In this document: one piece after another, positions 35,791 through 48,886 of the stretch
Numbering within the stretch: the stretch's first letter is position 1
Layout: each line of letters opens with the position of its first letter
Assembly: GCA_965112155.1 (NCBI GenBank)
Contig: OZ218100.1
Reading direction: 5' to 3' (one strand)
Length of the DNA: 64,000 bases
Origin: Podarcis liolepis
Taxonomy: Eukaryota
Notes under the pieces: generated by a model
What the model was told of the DNA's origin: nothing
The model's input: only the letters and a program-made list of their open reading frames with translations
Database searches by the model: none
Position numbers and translations under genes: made by a program

Positions 35791-38700
35791 TTTCACTTCA
35801 CTTCTTATGTTCATATGATGGGGACACAGACATACACACAAGCCCCATCCCTAAGATCCCTGTGGCTGTCAGGCCTGACCTTCCCAAGCAGAGTAGGAAA
35901 GATTTGGTGTGGGCTTTTCCTCTTTTTTGCTTGGACATAGGTATAACTCACCATGCATTTGGGAGCCCTGAAAAAGGAAAACCGACTGAGCAAAAGAACC
36001 CTTCCTTTTTATACACTGGTAGGGCAGACACTGGCAATTGGAATTGTTTGGGGACAGAATTCTGCAAAATGAAAAGAAGGGTTATGTGCAAATAATCTGA
36101 TGGAGGAAATACTGAAAAATCTTACACCTGCACACGGAGATCGACTTAAGACTCAGGGGAGAAGAGGAAGAGTTGCATTGCTTAGGTAACCTTGAGTACA
36201 CCCTCCACAGCTCACAGAAGGATAAATCAAACTATTTTTACCAAGCTAGCAAAGCACCACTTATGACTTGTTCTTATAAGAACCATATCCGCCCCTTGAG
36301 CAAGTCACCCTGTGCCTGAGCCAAAGTCCCAGATGAACCATTAACATTTAGGTTCAGAAAAAGAACAAAATTACAAGTTGCCCCTCTTGTTTACCCAGCA
36401 GTTTAGAAAGCCTTGAACACTGACAATATGTTCTTTCTCTTTTTCCAAGTTAGCTGTGTTCACACTGAGCCTTAAAAAAAAAAAAAGCTTTCAGGGGGTC
36501 ATTCTTCACTGTCTTCTTTAAGTATTTTTTTATCTGAACTTTGGGATTTTATTTTCTCAAGGAACCTTGTTTGCCAAAGGCATCTGTGAGAATAGAAAGC
36601 ATAACCAGGTGGGCCATTGGCCTGATACAGCTTCACTCTTTCCATGTTACTGTGCTTAAACTTCATGAAATTTAATTTTTTTAAATAGAAATTGATGGTT
36701 TCTGGGAACTGAAATAGAACTGGAAACTACCTATATCGTCCTCTTTTGTGCAACATTTCCCAAATGTTGAAGCCATTTCCTGTCAAATCTGAGCCCTTTT
36801 TTAAAAAAAAACTTGAAAGGGGCCCTTCACTGTGTGATCCTGGTCAGCTAGGCATAATGACATCACACAATCACACCAGAATTACCTTTTTGCAGTTCCA
36901 GCAGTGAATGTGCCCATGTTATCAATGGGGTTGAATCATAGAGATGGGTGGGTGTGAAGGGACTGGTATCGCGAATGTGCAGCAAATTAGGAAACTTGAA
37001 GAGGAGATGAAAAATAATGGGGGATTCCAGTTGCATAATTCTCTTTCAGGAGCAAGGCCAATGCAGTACTCCAGGAACCATGGGTAAATTTGCATAGGTA
37101 GAGACCCCAGGTAGTTCAGGAGTCCAAAAAAATCATATGGGTAGCCTCTTCAGGTGTGATAGAAGCACTTTCTCACTTCTGTTGCTCAGTAGCTTGGAAG
37201 GAAGGGTGGAGGCAGAGAAGCATCCATTCTCTTCTGTAATCCAACATTGTCTGCACCAGTTGTGTGGCTGAGGCACAAGTAAGTGTGTGGGTTATGTATA
37301 TAGCTGCTTCTTGATTGATTTGAGTGGTGGTGGGGGTTTCAGGTTTTTTTGTTTTTTTAATGCATCCAATCCCAAAATGTCTGAAATAGGCCTTGAGTTG
37401 TGCATTGCTTAGATGCGTTACCAAATTGAGTTCTGGGTGATGTGAAACACCTCCACAGCAGCGCTTTCAAGGCTATGGCTCAGCTAGGCTTAGTGATGAG
37501 CCCACAGAACGGCTCATTATCTAAGCTGGGATTAGGCCTCTGGAGAATTTTCCCTCTCTTATTTTGATAGTGAAGTCTGCCCACTCTTGGGGTGAAGTGC
37601 TAGGAGTTGACAGTAATAACTTGAGCTCCTGCCTTCATAGCTGCAAAATGCTTGTTTTATAGCAAGGGTGTGTTTTTGTTTTGTTTTGTTAAAAAGAAAA
37701 AAGAGTTCACAGTGACACACAGTCAGAATTTCACTCCCCTGCCAAACTGTACAAGCACAACCACACTGTTTGGAGCAGATGATTTGCCAGTTTTCTTCTT
37801 ATGGGTGTTTGACATTTCTGTATATCCATCGGGTTGGGGTCAGAGGTTCCTCTAAAAAGCTGACACTTTTAACCTGCTTATAACTACCTCAGAAATCACA
37901 GTTGCCTTTCAAAAGAATGACTTACCAATGCACTTCAAGTGGCCTGACTTCACAGAGGTTTTGCTGCCCTGAAAGAAATGAGGGATGACAGAGAGATTTA
38001 GATGCAAGAGCCTGGAAGGCAACAGCATATTTTACACCACAGAACAGCATTCATAGTGCGAGGGCATATCCGATGTCAAATGCCTTGAAAATAGTAAGCA
38101 CTCTAGCTCACTGAAGTCTTTGCTGGATCATAATTTTCCTAAGTGTCCTACAGAATCATTTGTGTAAACTGCCTTATTTCTAGTCAGACGAACCTCAGGC
38201 TTTTGGAGACTATTGCTCTTCAAAATATATAAAAAAAGAAAAGGCATTTACTTGAAAGAAAACTGCAAATGTGACCAAAATCCTAAGTAAATCTCTTGCT
38301 GCTAATACAGTATTATGATGATGATTATCACTATTATTAAAAAATAAAATTATGAGAAGCTGTTTTATACCAAATCAGACCATTTGTTCATCTAATTCTG
38401 TACTGTCCACACTGATGAACATCATCTGTCCAGGGTTTCAGGCAGGAGACATTCACTTTTAAGAAGACAGGAGATTTTGCCATGGTATCCATTTAGCAGA
38501 CCATGGAATATGAGCTTAATGCCTGGCAGTGGTCAACATACAGCATTTTTCACCATATATGAATGAAACTGGAATAATCATTCTATAGAAAACAATCAGA
38601 AAGAAGTTCTCAGAAAGAAGGTCTCATTAAAAAAAATCACAGCAATTAAGTTTCAGTGATGCAATCTGCAGCCCACAGAAACATTTGAAAATGATTATGA

Positions 38701-38923
38701 AAGGTGAGGGTATATTCCATTTTCACACAAAAAGATGCAGAAAGATATATTTTTTTAAATGTATGTGGAAATGTTTTCCCATATTTTCCCCCCATGATAC
38801 AATGAATTATAGAAATGTTGGTTAGTCAAATGTCAATCCAAAAGATGAATGAAGGGTCAAGTTCCTGTACATTCTCTTTCATTTCATTTCCCTTTATAAA
38901 CGGACAAGAGACTGCCATGCAGT

Positions 38924-39113
38924 CAGGGGTGCCAACTTGAAAAAAATAGTGTGAGGGCCCAGGTAAGCCCTGCCCCGCATAACCGATCAAATGACGCAGT
39001 GCACACGCACCATTTTAATGGGAATGCCCATAAACTTTGTGGGGGCCCAGCCCCCTCTAATATTTTATTGTGGGAGCTGAAGCCCCCACAGCCCCTAGGA
39101 GTTGGCTCCTATG
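38924..39113. mobile_element. hAT MITE (190 bp)
   Basis: Imperfect TIRs CAGGGGTGCCAACT / AGTTGGCTCCTATG. 8-bp TSD CATGCAGT / CTTGCAGT. Confidence 0.78.
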
Positions 39114-39334
39114 CTTGCAGTCCTTTCCCACCTGGCCTGGGAAGGGGGGCCCTGACTGTCTCCAGCTACAAAAGCTGAGGAAGCTGAACAGACTCCTGGG
39201 TTGGGGCATTGTTTTGAGTTTTCCTCTACTTGCGTTCAAGCTTAGAGAAAGTAAACAAGCTGGGAACTTGAATAAAGGGAAAACTCCAGTCAATTGCAAT
39301 CAAACGTTGATCATCATCAAGCTGTGGCAGTAAA

Positions 39335-40292
39335 GGCATCCTTACTCTGTTGTCCAGCAGAGCTTTTCAAGGTAGTGCAGGGCCTCTTACAACTTGGCCC
39401 GAAGGAGGTGGCAGAATAAATGGTTGATTGCTGTGACTTTTATTGAGGATAAAATTGCTTGCGTCCAGTGGGATCTTGATTCTGCTGTTGCAGTAGATGA
39501 ATCTCAAGAGGTGTCAAGAGTTTTAGTTAGTAAGATTTAAGGATGTGGACACGGTGCTTGGATCACTCAGGGCAACCACTTGCACCCTGGACCCTGTCCC
39601 TTAGCTGATTAAAAATTAGCAGGGAGCAGACAGCTTCCTGAGCTAGGGAGATGATTAATGCCTCCCTGTGAGAGGGGGTGGTCCCTTCCTGCTTGAAGGA
39701 GGCAATGGTAAAATGACTACTCTAGAAACCCTCCTTGGATATGGGACGCAGATGGCACTGTGGTCTAAAACACTGAGCCTCTTGGGCTTGTCAATCAGAA
39801 GGTCGGCGGTTCGAATCCCCGCAACAGGGTTGGCTCCTGTTGTTCTGTCCCAGCTCCTGCCAACCTAGCAGTTCAAAAACACTCCAGTGCAAGTAGATAA
39901 ATAGGTACTGTTCTGGCGGGAAGGTAAACGGCATTTCTGTGCGTTCTGGTTTCTGTCACGGTGTTCCATTGCTCCAGAAGTGGTTTAGTCATGCTGGCCA
40001 CATGACCCGGAAAGCTGTCTGTGGAGAAACGTCGGCTCCCTTGGCCTGAAAGTGAGATGAGTGCCTCAACCCCATAGTCACCTTTGACTGGACTTAACCG
40101 TCCAGGGGTCCTTTACCTTACCTTGGATTCAGAAAATCAAAGTACCAGTAACTGCCAGCCGGTTGCCAATCCCCCCTTTGGGGGTAAGGTTCTTGAGTGG
40201 GTGATCACGGACCAGATCGGAGGAAACCGATTTTCTAGATCCATTTCAACTGGGGTTTAGGTCCGGTTTTGGCACAGACTGCTTTGGCCCAT
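39335..40292 (+). mobile_element. L2 LINE ORF2 (reverse transcriptase N-terminal) fragment, interrupted by a Sauria SINE
   Basis: Frameshifted peptides EDKIACVQWDLDSAV, DVDTVLGSLRATTCTLDP, GVVPSCLKEAMVK..KPSLD [SINE] NCQPVANPP..KVLE and EETDFLDPFQLGFRSGFGT. Confidence 0.85.
39743..40120 (+). mobile_element. Sauria SINE (different subfamily)
   Basis: GGGACGCAGATGGCACTGTGG head, GGTTCGAATCC B box, CCTTTACCTTA tail. TSD CCTTGGAT (39733-39740, 40121-40128). Confidence 0.93.
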
Positions 40293-43161
40293 TTAGACTC
40301 AGAATTGCATGCATGGCCTGACAACAGGTTTTTAAAGTTTTTACTTAAGACCCCAGGAAAACTCAGATGGGGATTCTGCCCATCACATTTGGTAGCTGAG
40401 AGCCACCGCAGTCCCATGAATGGAGTTTGGGACTGAGATCTGGAAAACCAGATGAGCTGTACAGTGGACAGCACTATATCTCTTTCTTTCTATCTCTCTC
40501 TCTCTCTCTCTCTGGCTTAGCTGTTGTGAAGACAAAGAATGTAAAGATTGTAAAACACGCTGTACATAAAAAGCTTTACAGGTTATTATGATATAATTTC
40601 ATACCAGTTGTTCACTTTAAGAGACAGATATTTGATCCGTAAGAGTTCTAGACACATTGTACTTCTAAAACCACTTCTACCTGGTCCTTAAAATTGTATT
40701 AGGAATTTTGTCACTGTGGGAAGCAGGAAGACAATGTTGTGGCTTCTTAAAAATAGGTAATATTTTTACCAGCTTTTCTAAGGTGTGCTGAATTGGTTTT
40801 ATTTTAGTGTTGCTTTACTCTTTTATTGTATTATAACCCTCCAGGGATCAAGGCTGAGCTGGCAATGATCTTATAAAATGAATAAAATAAATAAAGAGGA
40901 CTTATTTCTGGGTAGACATGTATTGCACTGCACTGCAAAGGTGTTACTGGAAATTGCAGGTATGTCATGGATTTGGGCAAGCCCTGATCTGAAGTGACCT
41001 GAAGCAAAGTGCTTTGGAGAGATTCTGAAGTTGTCTAAGATGAAGTGGGATCTGCTGGAGGCTTCCTGGAGCAAAACAGGGACCTACATAGCACTTCATA
41101 GTGCTTCAGCAATTTGAACACCAAAACAAAAACACACTCTACAAACAAGTTTCTACTGTCTCTTTCTGGACTGTACAGTGTTGTATTGTTGTACTGTGTA
41201 TAAGCACTCAGAGATGTGAGTGCTATACTATAGAAAGAGAGTACCTATTCATCTGTAAGTTGGCAAGTTTCCTACTTAGGAGCACCTCTCTCATGTCTAT
41301 TAGTTTTGTGATAATTATCCACTAAACTGTAGGGGAGATTAAGTGAATCCTTTTTTTTAGCCAGCTCCAAACTCTAAAAGTGGTCTTTGCAATAGCACTG
41401 CTGCAGCTATCCTTCTACCAAGCCTACAAATTTCATCAATTCTTTTTAATAAAATAAAATAAAATAAAAAATGCCCAGCACAAAACCCCCTGGACCTATT
41501 TGTAATTTGATAGGCATTATCCATTATCCACTCATGCTTGCAAATATCCAAACTACACCTGCAAATTTCACCCAGTTCTGTGCAAAGGTAGGGTTAATAA
41601 TAATAATACTTTCATTTCTATACCACTTTGTAGTTTTAAGAAAAAATCTCAGAGTGGTTTACAACACAATAAATTAAATAGCCTTTAAAAAAATTCCCCA
41701 TACTAGTGAGTGGGGAGGCATTAACTTCATTTTTCTCAATTGTGATTTGGATTCAGACCCTGAGTCAAGTTGTCCAGACTGAAGCATTTCATACTGTAGA
41801 TGGCTAGTTTCCAAAGGGGCAAATCAGGAGTACAATAGTTGGTCCACACTTACAGGAAATTGTCTCTCTCACTTAGGAGAGGTAATATACCTCAGAAAAA
41901 CTAAAGAAATGACATGGTATAGTAAGTTCTTATCCTCTATCACAATTGATTAGTTGGTACAGGCTGTTTAACTGAATTGCTGAGTTTTTGAAAGTAAAGC
42001 ATTATTTTATAAATTATGAAGGAATTATTTTAAATGGCTTCCTGACAAAAGTAACACAGGAAATGTTACATCCATGCTACCCTTTCAGGCTTAAGTAACT
42101 TCTTCTGCTTTCTATATTCATTAGTTCTCAAGTGTTTACACAGAGCTACAGAAAGCTAAAATTCAATATAGTTGAAATGTACTCATTAAAAGTAGACTGG
42201 GTAAGAAAAACCTGGAGTTTGAGCTCAGATTTATTTTGAGTCACAGGAGAAAATATCACAGCTATGAGTCATCCGCGATATACCTCCTCCTCCCTCTCAC
42301 AAATCACTAACTCCAAAATCAAAACCTAGGAAGAAGATTGCTAAACTCTAATGGAACATCCTCTTTCTTGTCTATTGACCAGAAACTACTGGAAGCGGAG
42401 CTAGGGCTCTGGCCATACATTTCTTTTGATTTCTATTTCAGCATTATTTATATTAATGATTCTTAAGCTTGTAATTAAATTCTTCCGATTCATGATTCAA
42501 AATGGAGCACACCTGAAGCGGTCTTATACCAAGTCATTGTATATGTTCATCCTGATGGGAAGAGATCTCGTTTTCTCCCCATGGCCACTCAGAGCACATG
42601 AACTTTCCAGGTTCAAAACCCAACATGTTGCAGTTACGTACCATCCTGGCAATCCCATTTAGATGAATAACTCAATATTGTCAGCAGCATTTCCTCTAGT
42701 AGACCCTGAAGTGCCTTATATCAGTTGCAATTTATTTACTTGAACAGGAATGATGAACCTGGGAGTACAATGTTATATGCCCTTCCTCCAGGCATCTTTT
42801 AATTTGTGTGATCCAGGTTGGTTGGTGCAATCTACAAGCTTTGATAATGCCCTGTTGTTAAAGCAAAACCCCATGTTAAGGCAATAGTGTTAGGCATCAG
42901 TTGACATGTTATTACCTTAGCCATCTGGAGAAAGGGGGAAATGTCCCCAGACATTCGCCTTTATATCTACACATTTGCATCAATACATTCTACAGGGATG
43001 TGTTCTACTACATAATGAACAGCATGCTACATTGGCATGATTATGTTCTCAACTAATAGTTTCGAAGTTCCTGTACTTGTTTTGCAGTGAGGCAATTTTA
43101 GACACTGGACTTAACAGTCTTATAAGGGTCTCTCTTTTTAGGGAGCAATGTGTCAATTGTT

Positions 43162-43451
43162 GAGAGCTAATGTGGTGTAGTGGTTAAGAGCGGTAGTCTC
43201 GTAATCTGGGGAACCGGGTTCGCGTCTCCACTCCTCCACATGCAGCTGCTGGGTGACCTTGGGCCAGTCACATTTCTTTGAAGTCTCTCAGCCCCACTCA
43301 CCTCACAGAGTGTTTGTTGTGGGGGAGGAAGGGAAAGGAGATTGTTAGCCGCTTTGAGACTCCTTAGGGCAGTGATAAACTCCTCCTCCAAACTCCTCCT
43401 CTTCTTCTTCTTCTTCTTCTTCTTCTTCTTCTTCTTCTTCTTCTTCTTCTT
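43162..43451 (+). mobile_element. tRNA-derived CORE-SINE with L2-like 3' end and (CTT)17 tail (Squam3-like)
   Basis: A box TGGTGTAGTGGT, B-box-like GGTTCGCGTCT, CORE GCTGGGTGACCTTGGGCCAGTCAC, 3' TTGTTAGCCGCTTTGAG, (CTT)17 at 43401-43451. Confidence 0.85.
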
Positions 43452-45633
43452 CCATTTGCTTCAAATTGTGGCAAGGCAGCCCTGCTGTGTTTGGGGGCTG
43501 TCCTGCTGAGTGGGGTCCTTAATGCCCCCCAAAGTCTTCTCCTGATGGCACTACTCATCAACCACTCCCCCTATCATTCCTCTGCTCCTACTTGTAGCCT
43601 ACCACAATCTCAGAGTCCCAGATGCCTCAGGCAGCTGCTCCATGCTTCCTTCAGAAGCATGTCAGACCAGAGAAGCCCTGCTCATCATGGGGTGGAGTGG
43701 GGATTAGATAACCCCACTTACCATGCTCCGCACACATTCAAGAGGCAGCTTCAGGCTTCTCCTCTCCTTCCTGTCCCTTTGCCTCCCATCATCTGAGGCT
43801 TATAAGCCACCAGCAGGAGTCTGGAGGCTTGTGGAGCCACCCTTAGCTTCCCACATCCCATCCTGACTGATATCTGGTTGGTTTACTTTTAGCAGCCTCT
43901 TCTCCACACAACTGCTTTTCATTTAAAGCAAAATGTTGGGAGATTGCCATATTGGTTCTCCTTTTGCAACGTTTGGTTTAGCCCTGATTTTTACTAGTTG
44001 TTTATTTTGAGTAAACGTGCTTAAGATTGCACTGAGCTTTAAGTCCCAGGGAGTTCAATATGACTTACTCCCATGGCAAGTACGTATAGGATTTCAGTCT
44101 TGGAATGATGAGAAATTATTTACCAACTAAGTGGTGCTCTAAATGAAATGTCACCTCGCTATAGAAGCTTTTTACACTAGAAACACAGTATTGCATAGTT
44201 GAGAAATCAATACTAGGGGTTTTTTCCCCCCTTGTCTTCTTCCAAATGGGCATTGAATCTGTGCAACCATGTGATACTTTACAAAAATGCTGACAAACCT
44301 TCCTCTCCCCACCACCACTGTGAAGCATTCACATCTTAAGTGCACCATAATAAAGTGCCGAAGTTTTCTTTTTTCATTTGTCAAGTAAAAAGCATATTTT
44401 AGTTCTTATTGCTCTTGGAGTAAAACAATAATTGATGAACACCAAAAGGGCTTTCTGGGGCATATTCTACATTTGACAAAGTCTAAGTAAGCTGAAGAAA
44501 CCACAAAGGATATTGATTTTCCATGAAAGGGTAAAGACTGATCTTTCTTCATTTGAAATGGTCTGCTTTTTCTACCAAATACCACAAAGCAAATCCAGGG
44601 AATAAGGCTAAAGGACAAGAGAACAGCAGAGTAGAGAGGGTAAAAGATGAATGATTTGGGGTCTAAATGACTCTGCTTGCCATTGTAATGCCAATTAGTG
44701 GAAGAGGAAAAAATATGTGGTTTTTAAAAAGCCCATTTAACAGGGATAAGTAATAGGGGTGTTGCAAAACTGCCTTTGTATTCATACGGATTTTTAAAAA
44801 ATTAAGTGTGCCAGCCTAAGCCTTATATTCCCACAAAAATGTTGATGAGTCTATTGGTATTTGAGCAAAATCCATACTGTAATATGGACAGGAGTAATGA
44901 GTATAAAAATGTCTAGATGCTGTTACTATATCCTACAAGCCTTAAAGAAATGTCTTGCCCATGACTGCAATCACTGCTATTCTGAGTTAATACTTTATTA
45001 CTGTCCTTATAATCAGAGGACAAAATGACCCCTGTATATTTTTAGTCTAAGGTTAGTCAATTTCATACAATACAGCTCCTTTAAATTGCTTTCTAGCAAT
45101 GCTCCTTTTGATGGCTGAAGCACCGTAAAGCCACTCATTCTGTGGTTTGACCCCGCTGCAAGGAGGCTCTTCATGGCCACATCTGAGGTTCCCAGCCTCA
45201 ACTCGAGTAGATTAAAAGCTGCTTGTCATGTGAATAAGATATTACAACTACTTATAAAGTGCTGTGATGTGGAAGCTGTCTTGAGTAGCCTCCACAGGGA
45301 GATATTTGCTTTTAAACCAGATCTTTCAAGACCGAATTGCTTTTATTCAAAGGAGGGTATTTCTTGAGAGAGTATGGCAGCAATCCTACATCCAATTTCA
45401 TGGGAGTATGTTCCATGGAAAACAGTTGACCTATTTTTATTTTTAAATATGCATTCATAGGATGGTGTTCAGATGTCCCATTTCCCCCCAAATTTAATCA
45501 CACCTCCATGACAATGTCCCATTGAAGGCATACATCTTGCCAATAATCTTGCCAAGATTATCACACTTTTCATAAAGTGTGCTTCTAGTCTGCTCAAGTG
45601 AGAAAGCTACAGCACTTGCTATATATTGAACTA

Positions 45634-45862
45634 CAGTGGTACCTCTGGTTGTGAACGGGATCCATTCCGGAGGCCCATTCGCAACATGAAAAGAGCGCAA
45701 CCCACAGCGGCGCGTCTGTGCACGTGCGGGTTGCGATTCGGTGCTTCTGCGCATGCATGAGCGGCGAAACCCGGAAGTAACCCTTTCCAGCACTTCTGGG
45801 TCACTGCGGGTCGTAACCTGAAAGAATGTAACATGAAGCAAATGTAGCATGAGGTATGACTG
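45634..45862. mobile_element. Tc1/mariner MITE (family C), CpG-rich and probably young
   Basis: TA-CAGTGGTACCTC...GAGGTATGACTG-TA. Confidence 0.88.
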
Positions 45863-45875
45863 TATTCCTAACGGC

Positions 45876-46612
45876 TGGGATGGGTGAATATGTCAATTTT
45901 TGTTTCTCATTTTCCCAGTTTTAAGTTCATTTCTCCACATTTCCACCTCTATTTGCTATTCCTTTTTAAAGTCCTCATGAAAATTTACTCACACATTAGG
46001 AAAAATTTCTCCTAATGTAATGCATTTTTTTCTATGTTACTTTCACTAATATTTGTATTTTTATGCTTACTTCACACTAGTATATGCATTTTTGTACACA
46101 TTATATCTGTAGAACTGTATCACAAAATTTAGGTAAAGGTAAAGGTACCCCTGCCTGAAGGCCAGTCGTGTCCGACTCTAGGGTTGTGCGCCCATCTCAC
46201 TTAAGAGGCCGGGGGCCAGAGACACTTCAGGGTCACATGGCCAGTGTGACATCACTGCTCTGATGAGCCAGCACCAGCGCAGCACACGGAAACACCGTTT
46301 ACCTTCCCGCTAGAAAGCGGTACCTATTTATCTACTTGCACTTTTTAGGGTGCTTTCGAACTGCTAGGTGGGCAGGAGCTGGGACCGCAGACGGGAGCTC
46401 ACCCCGCCGCAGGGATTCAAACTGCTGACCAAGCAATTGGCAAGCCCTAGGCACTGAGGATTTACCCACAGCGCCACCCGCATCCCTCACAAAATTTGGA
46501 GAAGTGCAATTTTCAAAGGATGGTTGTGTTTCAGTTCTTGCATTGTTTCGAAAAGTGTAAGATAGGTTCACCTCTAAATGTGAAACTCAGTCTAATATCT
46601 CCCACATTCCTA
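45876..46612 (+). mobile_element. Family H hAT-like repeat interrupted by a Sauria SINE
   Basis: GGGATGGG start, AAATTTCTCCTAAT units, ends CCCACATTCCTA. Confidence 0.6.
46131..46486 (-). mobile_element. Sauria SINE
   Basis: Same subfamily as the copy at 31400. 11-bp TSD TCACAAAATTT (46120-46130, 46487-46497). Confidence 0.95.
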
Positions 46613-48300
46613 GAGCTCCACAGGAATCCTACTGAGTGGTGGTTGCATTCTGGGAATAACTAGATTGGGAGGTGTTTTTTTTAAAAAAAATATTCCTTCA
46701 TTAATTTGTTGACAAACCATTGCTACTGGGTACATTGTGAAAGATGGTTTTTAGAGAGGACAAATCTAACTATTTTCCGCTTGTGCCTCTTTGGTATGTT
46801 TTTCTCCATAATTTTACTCCATTTCCACTAATTAATCTTTGAATGTTTAGGAGGGGGAATACTTCTAAATGCTATTTTAAATTGTATCTAATACATATTT
46901 TAGCATGTATTTAAATGTGTACTATCTCTCAAAGCATGCATTTAAATGAGTATTTTGATATGCTTAAAACTGTGTAAACTGCATCCCAACATTAGAGAAG
47001 TTCATGATCTGGTGGATAGCTAAGTTCAAGGTTATCAAGGGAATCTGCAAATGTCAAATTATTCAAGCACCACTAGCAGGATCACAGCATTTTAAATATT
47101 CCCCCCCCCCTTCAAGTTTATTAATCATTTAGGCTTGCTCCAGCAATAATCCAGAACGAGTGGCTCTGCACCTCTGGCAATATTTAGAAAGTTTTTTTGG
47201 TTTTTTTAATAAATAAAAAGTTTGAATGTCTCTTATTTTTCATGAACTTCTCTATACTTTTTTAAAAAGAGTCTATCTGATTTGTGGTTTCAGTGCCTAG
47301 CCTTCGAGTGACCAACCCATTGCTCAATATTTGCTACCAAGTTACGTTGTCCAAACCTGGTAAGGCTTCCTGGCTGGTGGGTGGTTTATATCTCACTTCA
47401 TGAGATTTACAGATGGGTCTTTAAGCTACTGCCAATGTTTGTGAAAACCAAGTTCCGTGTGTTTTGTTAGCTAGCTGGTTTTTTGCTACTGCTTCATGGA
47501 CAGGGCTTAGCACAGCAGCTACATATAGCTTAGTCCCATTTTCAGTGAACCTTGCAATGCAGAACTTCCTGATGGACTGTGCACTAGTTCAGTCTGTTTT
47601 AGGAGGAGGAGCAGCATCTATTTTTGCCCACCCATATTCATTTCAGTAAATTTCCCTGCCTAATGAAACAGTGTTCTTAAATCAGTGTGCCCTCAAGCTT
47701 ATCAATAGCCTTCTGGAATGGCTTTTATCCCTGCTTTGTGAAAACCATACAATTTAAATCCTAAACAGTGGTCTTTATAGTTTCAGAATATATAAATTTT
47801 ACCTAAAACAAGAAGAAAGTCTGAATGACAAAGTCATTTAGATTCCAAGGACTTCGTTTGCTTTCTGAGACTGAAGAACAGACTGCACTTCATGCTCTCA
47901 TAATGTTTACAGGCTCCAGCTTAACACTTAGTAGCATCTGTTGAGTGCTTATGAGGATTTTCAAAGCTCTGCTCAGCCTTATAACTGAAGTATCATTGAT
48001 TTTATTCTTTGCATCACTCATTTTGGTACATTGTTTGTCTCTGGGTATATGTGTGTAGATCTTGCACTGGGAGCACATGTGTACCTTCATCAAAATATTT
48101 GTTCACGTAGGTATCAAATAAGTATCAAACATTTCCAGTTCATGTCACTTTTGCATGTGCTCAGCAAGCCCATTTTGCACCATTTCCATATTAATCTGGG
48201 AACGTGATTTTTTTTTGTTTTACGTGCACAAAAATGTTAATTTAAATACACAATTTTAAATATATTTTCTCTCAAAAGTGCAGTTTTTAATGTATTCTGA

Positions 48301-48345
48301 TTGAGAATTGCATCAGAATATTTGAGAATTGCATCAGAATATTTG
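48301..48345. repeat. 21-bp tandem duplication
   Basis: TTGAGAATTGCATCAGAATAT twice, perfect. Confidence 0.9.
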
Positions 48346-48594
48346 GGAAGTGCATTAGCTTTGCCCCTGGCTGCTTCAGGGATTGGAGAAAACCTGCTTC
48401 CACTCCTGCTCTTGCTGGCAATATCAGCTTATTTATTGTATATGTAAGTTGCCACCTACACAGTAGCATTCCTGGGATTATTTATTAATATTTAATAATA
48501 CTTAATCAGGATCAAATAATGAGTGATTGGTCAGCTGGCAATATTTTAACAGGTCAGTCGACCAACATGAGAACCCTACAAGACAAATAGACAG

Positions 48595-48886
48595 ATGTTA
48601 GACAAATGTGTGAATTTTGGTTACTCTCAGTTTATCACCTTTTTTTTTATTTTGCAATCCTAACTTCTGTTTTCCTCATTGCCATTGCAATGTGGAAATG
48701 TATTATTTTAATGTCCATTTTTGTGCGAACTTCTCCTAAAACATCTTCATATGCAAATTCATCTAATATACACATTTTTACAAAGTAATTTAATCTAATA
48801 TAATGTATTTTGTATGTTATTTTCACAAACTTATGTTTTTATCCTTCTTCAAAAGTGAACCAGATCCCATTTCTTCCCCATCTCTA
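48595..48886 (+). mobile_element. Family H repeat, internally deleted copy
   Basis: ACTTCTCCTAAAACA / TCTAATATACACATTTT units. Ends TTCTTCCCCATCTCTA. Confidence 0.5.

Noticed and set aside
43162-43235. tRNA gene
   Set aside because: A/B boxes are present, but there is no acceptor stem or terminator and the sequence runs into a CORE-SINE body. The same applies to the tRNA-like head at 56262.
43364-43561. Poly-arginine, protamine-like ORF
   Set aside because: Antisense reading of the (CTT)17 SINE tail.
45634-45862. CpG island / promoter
   Set aside because: The CpG richness is confined to a young MITE.
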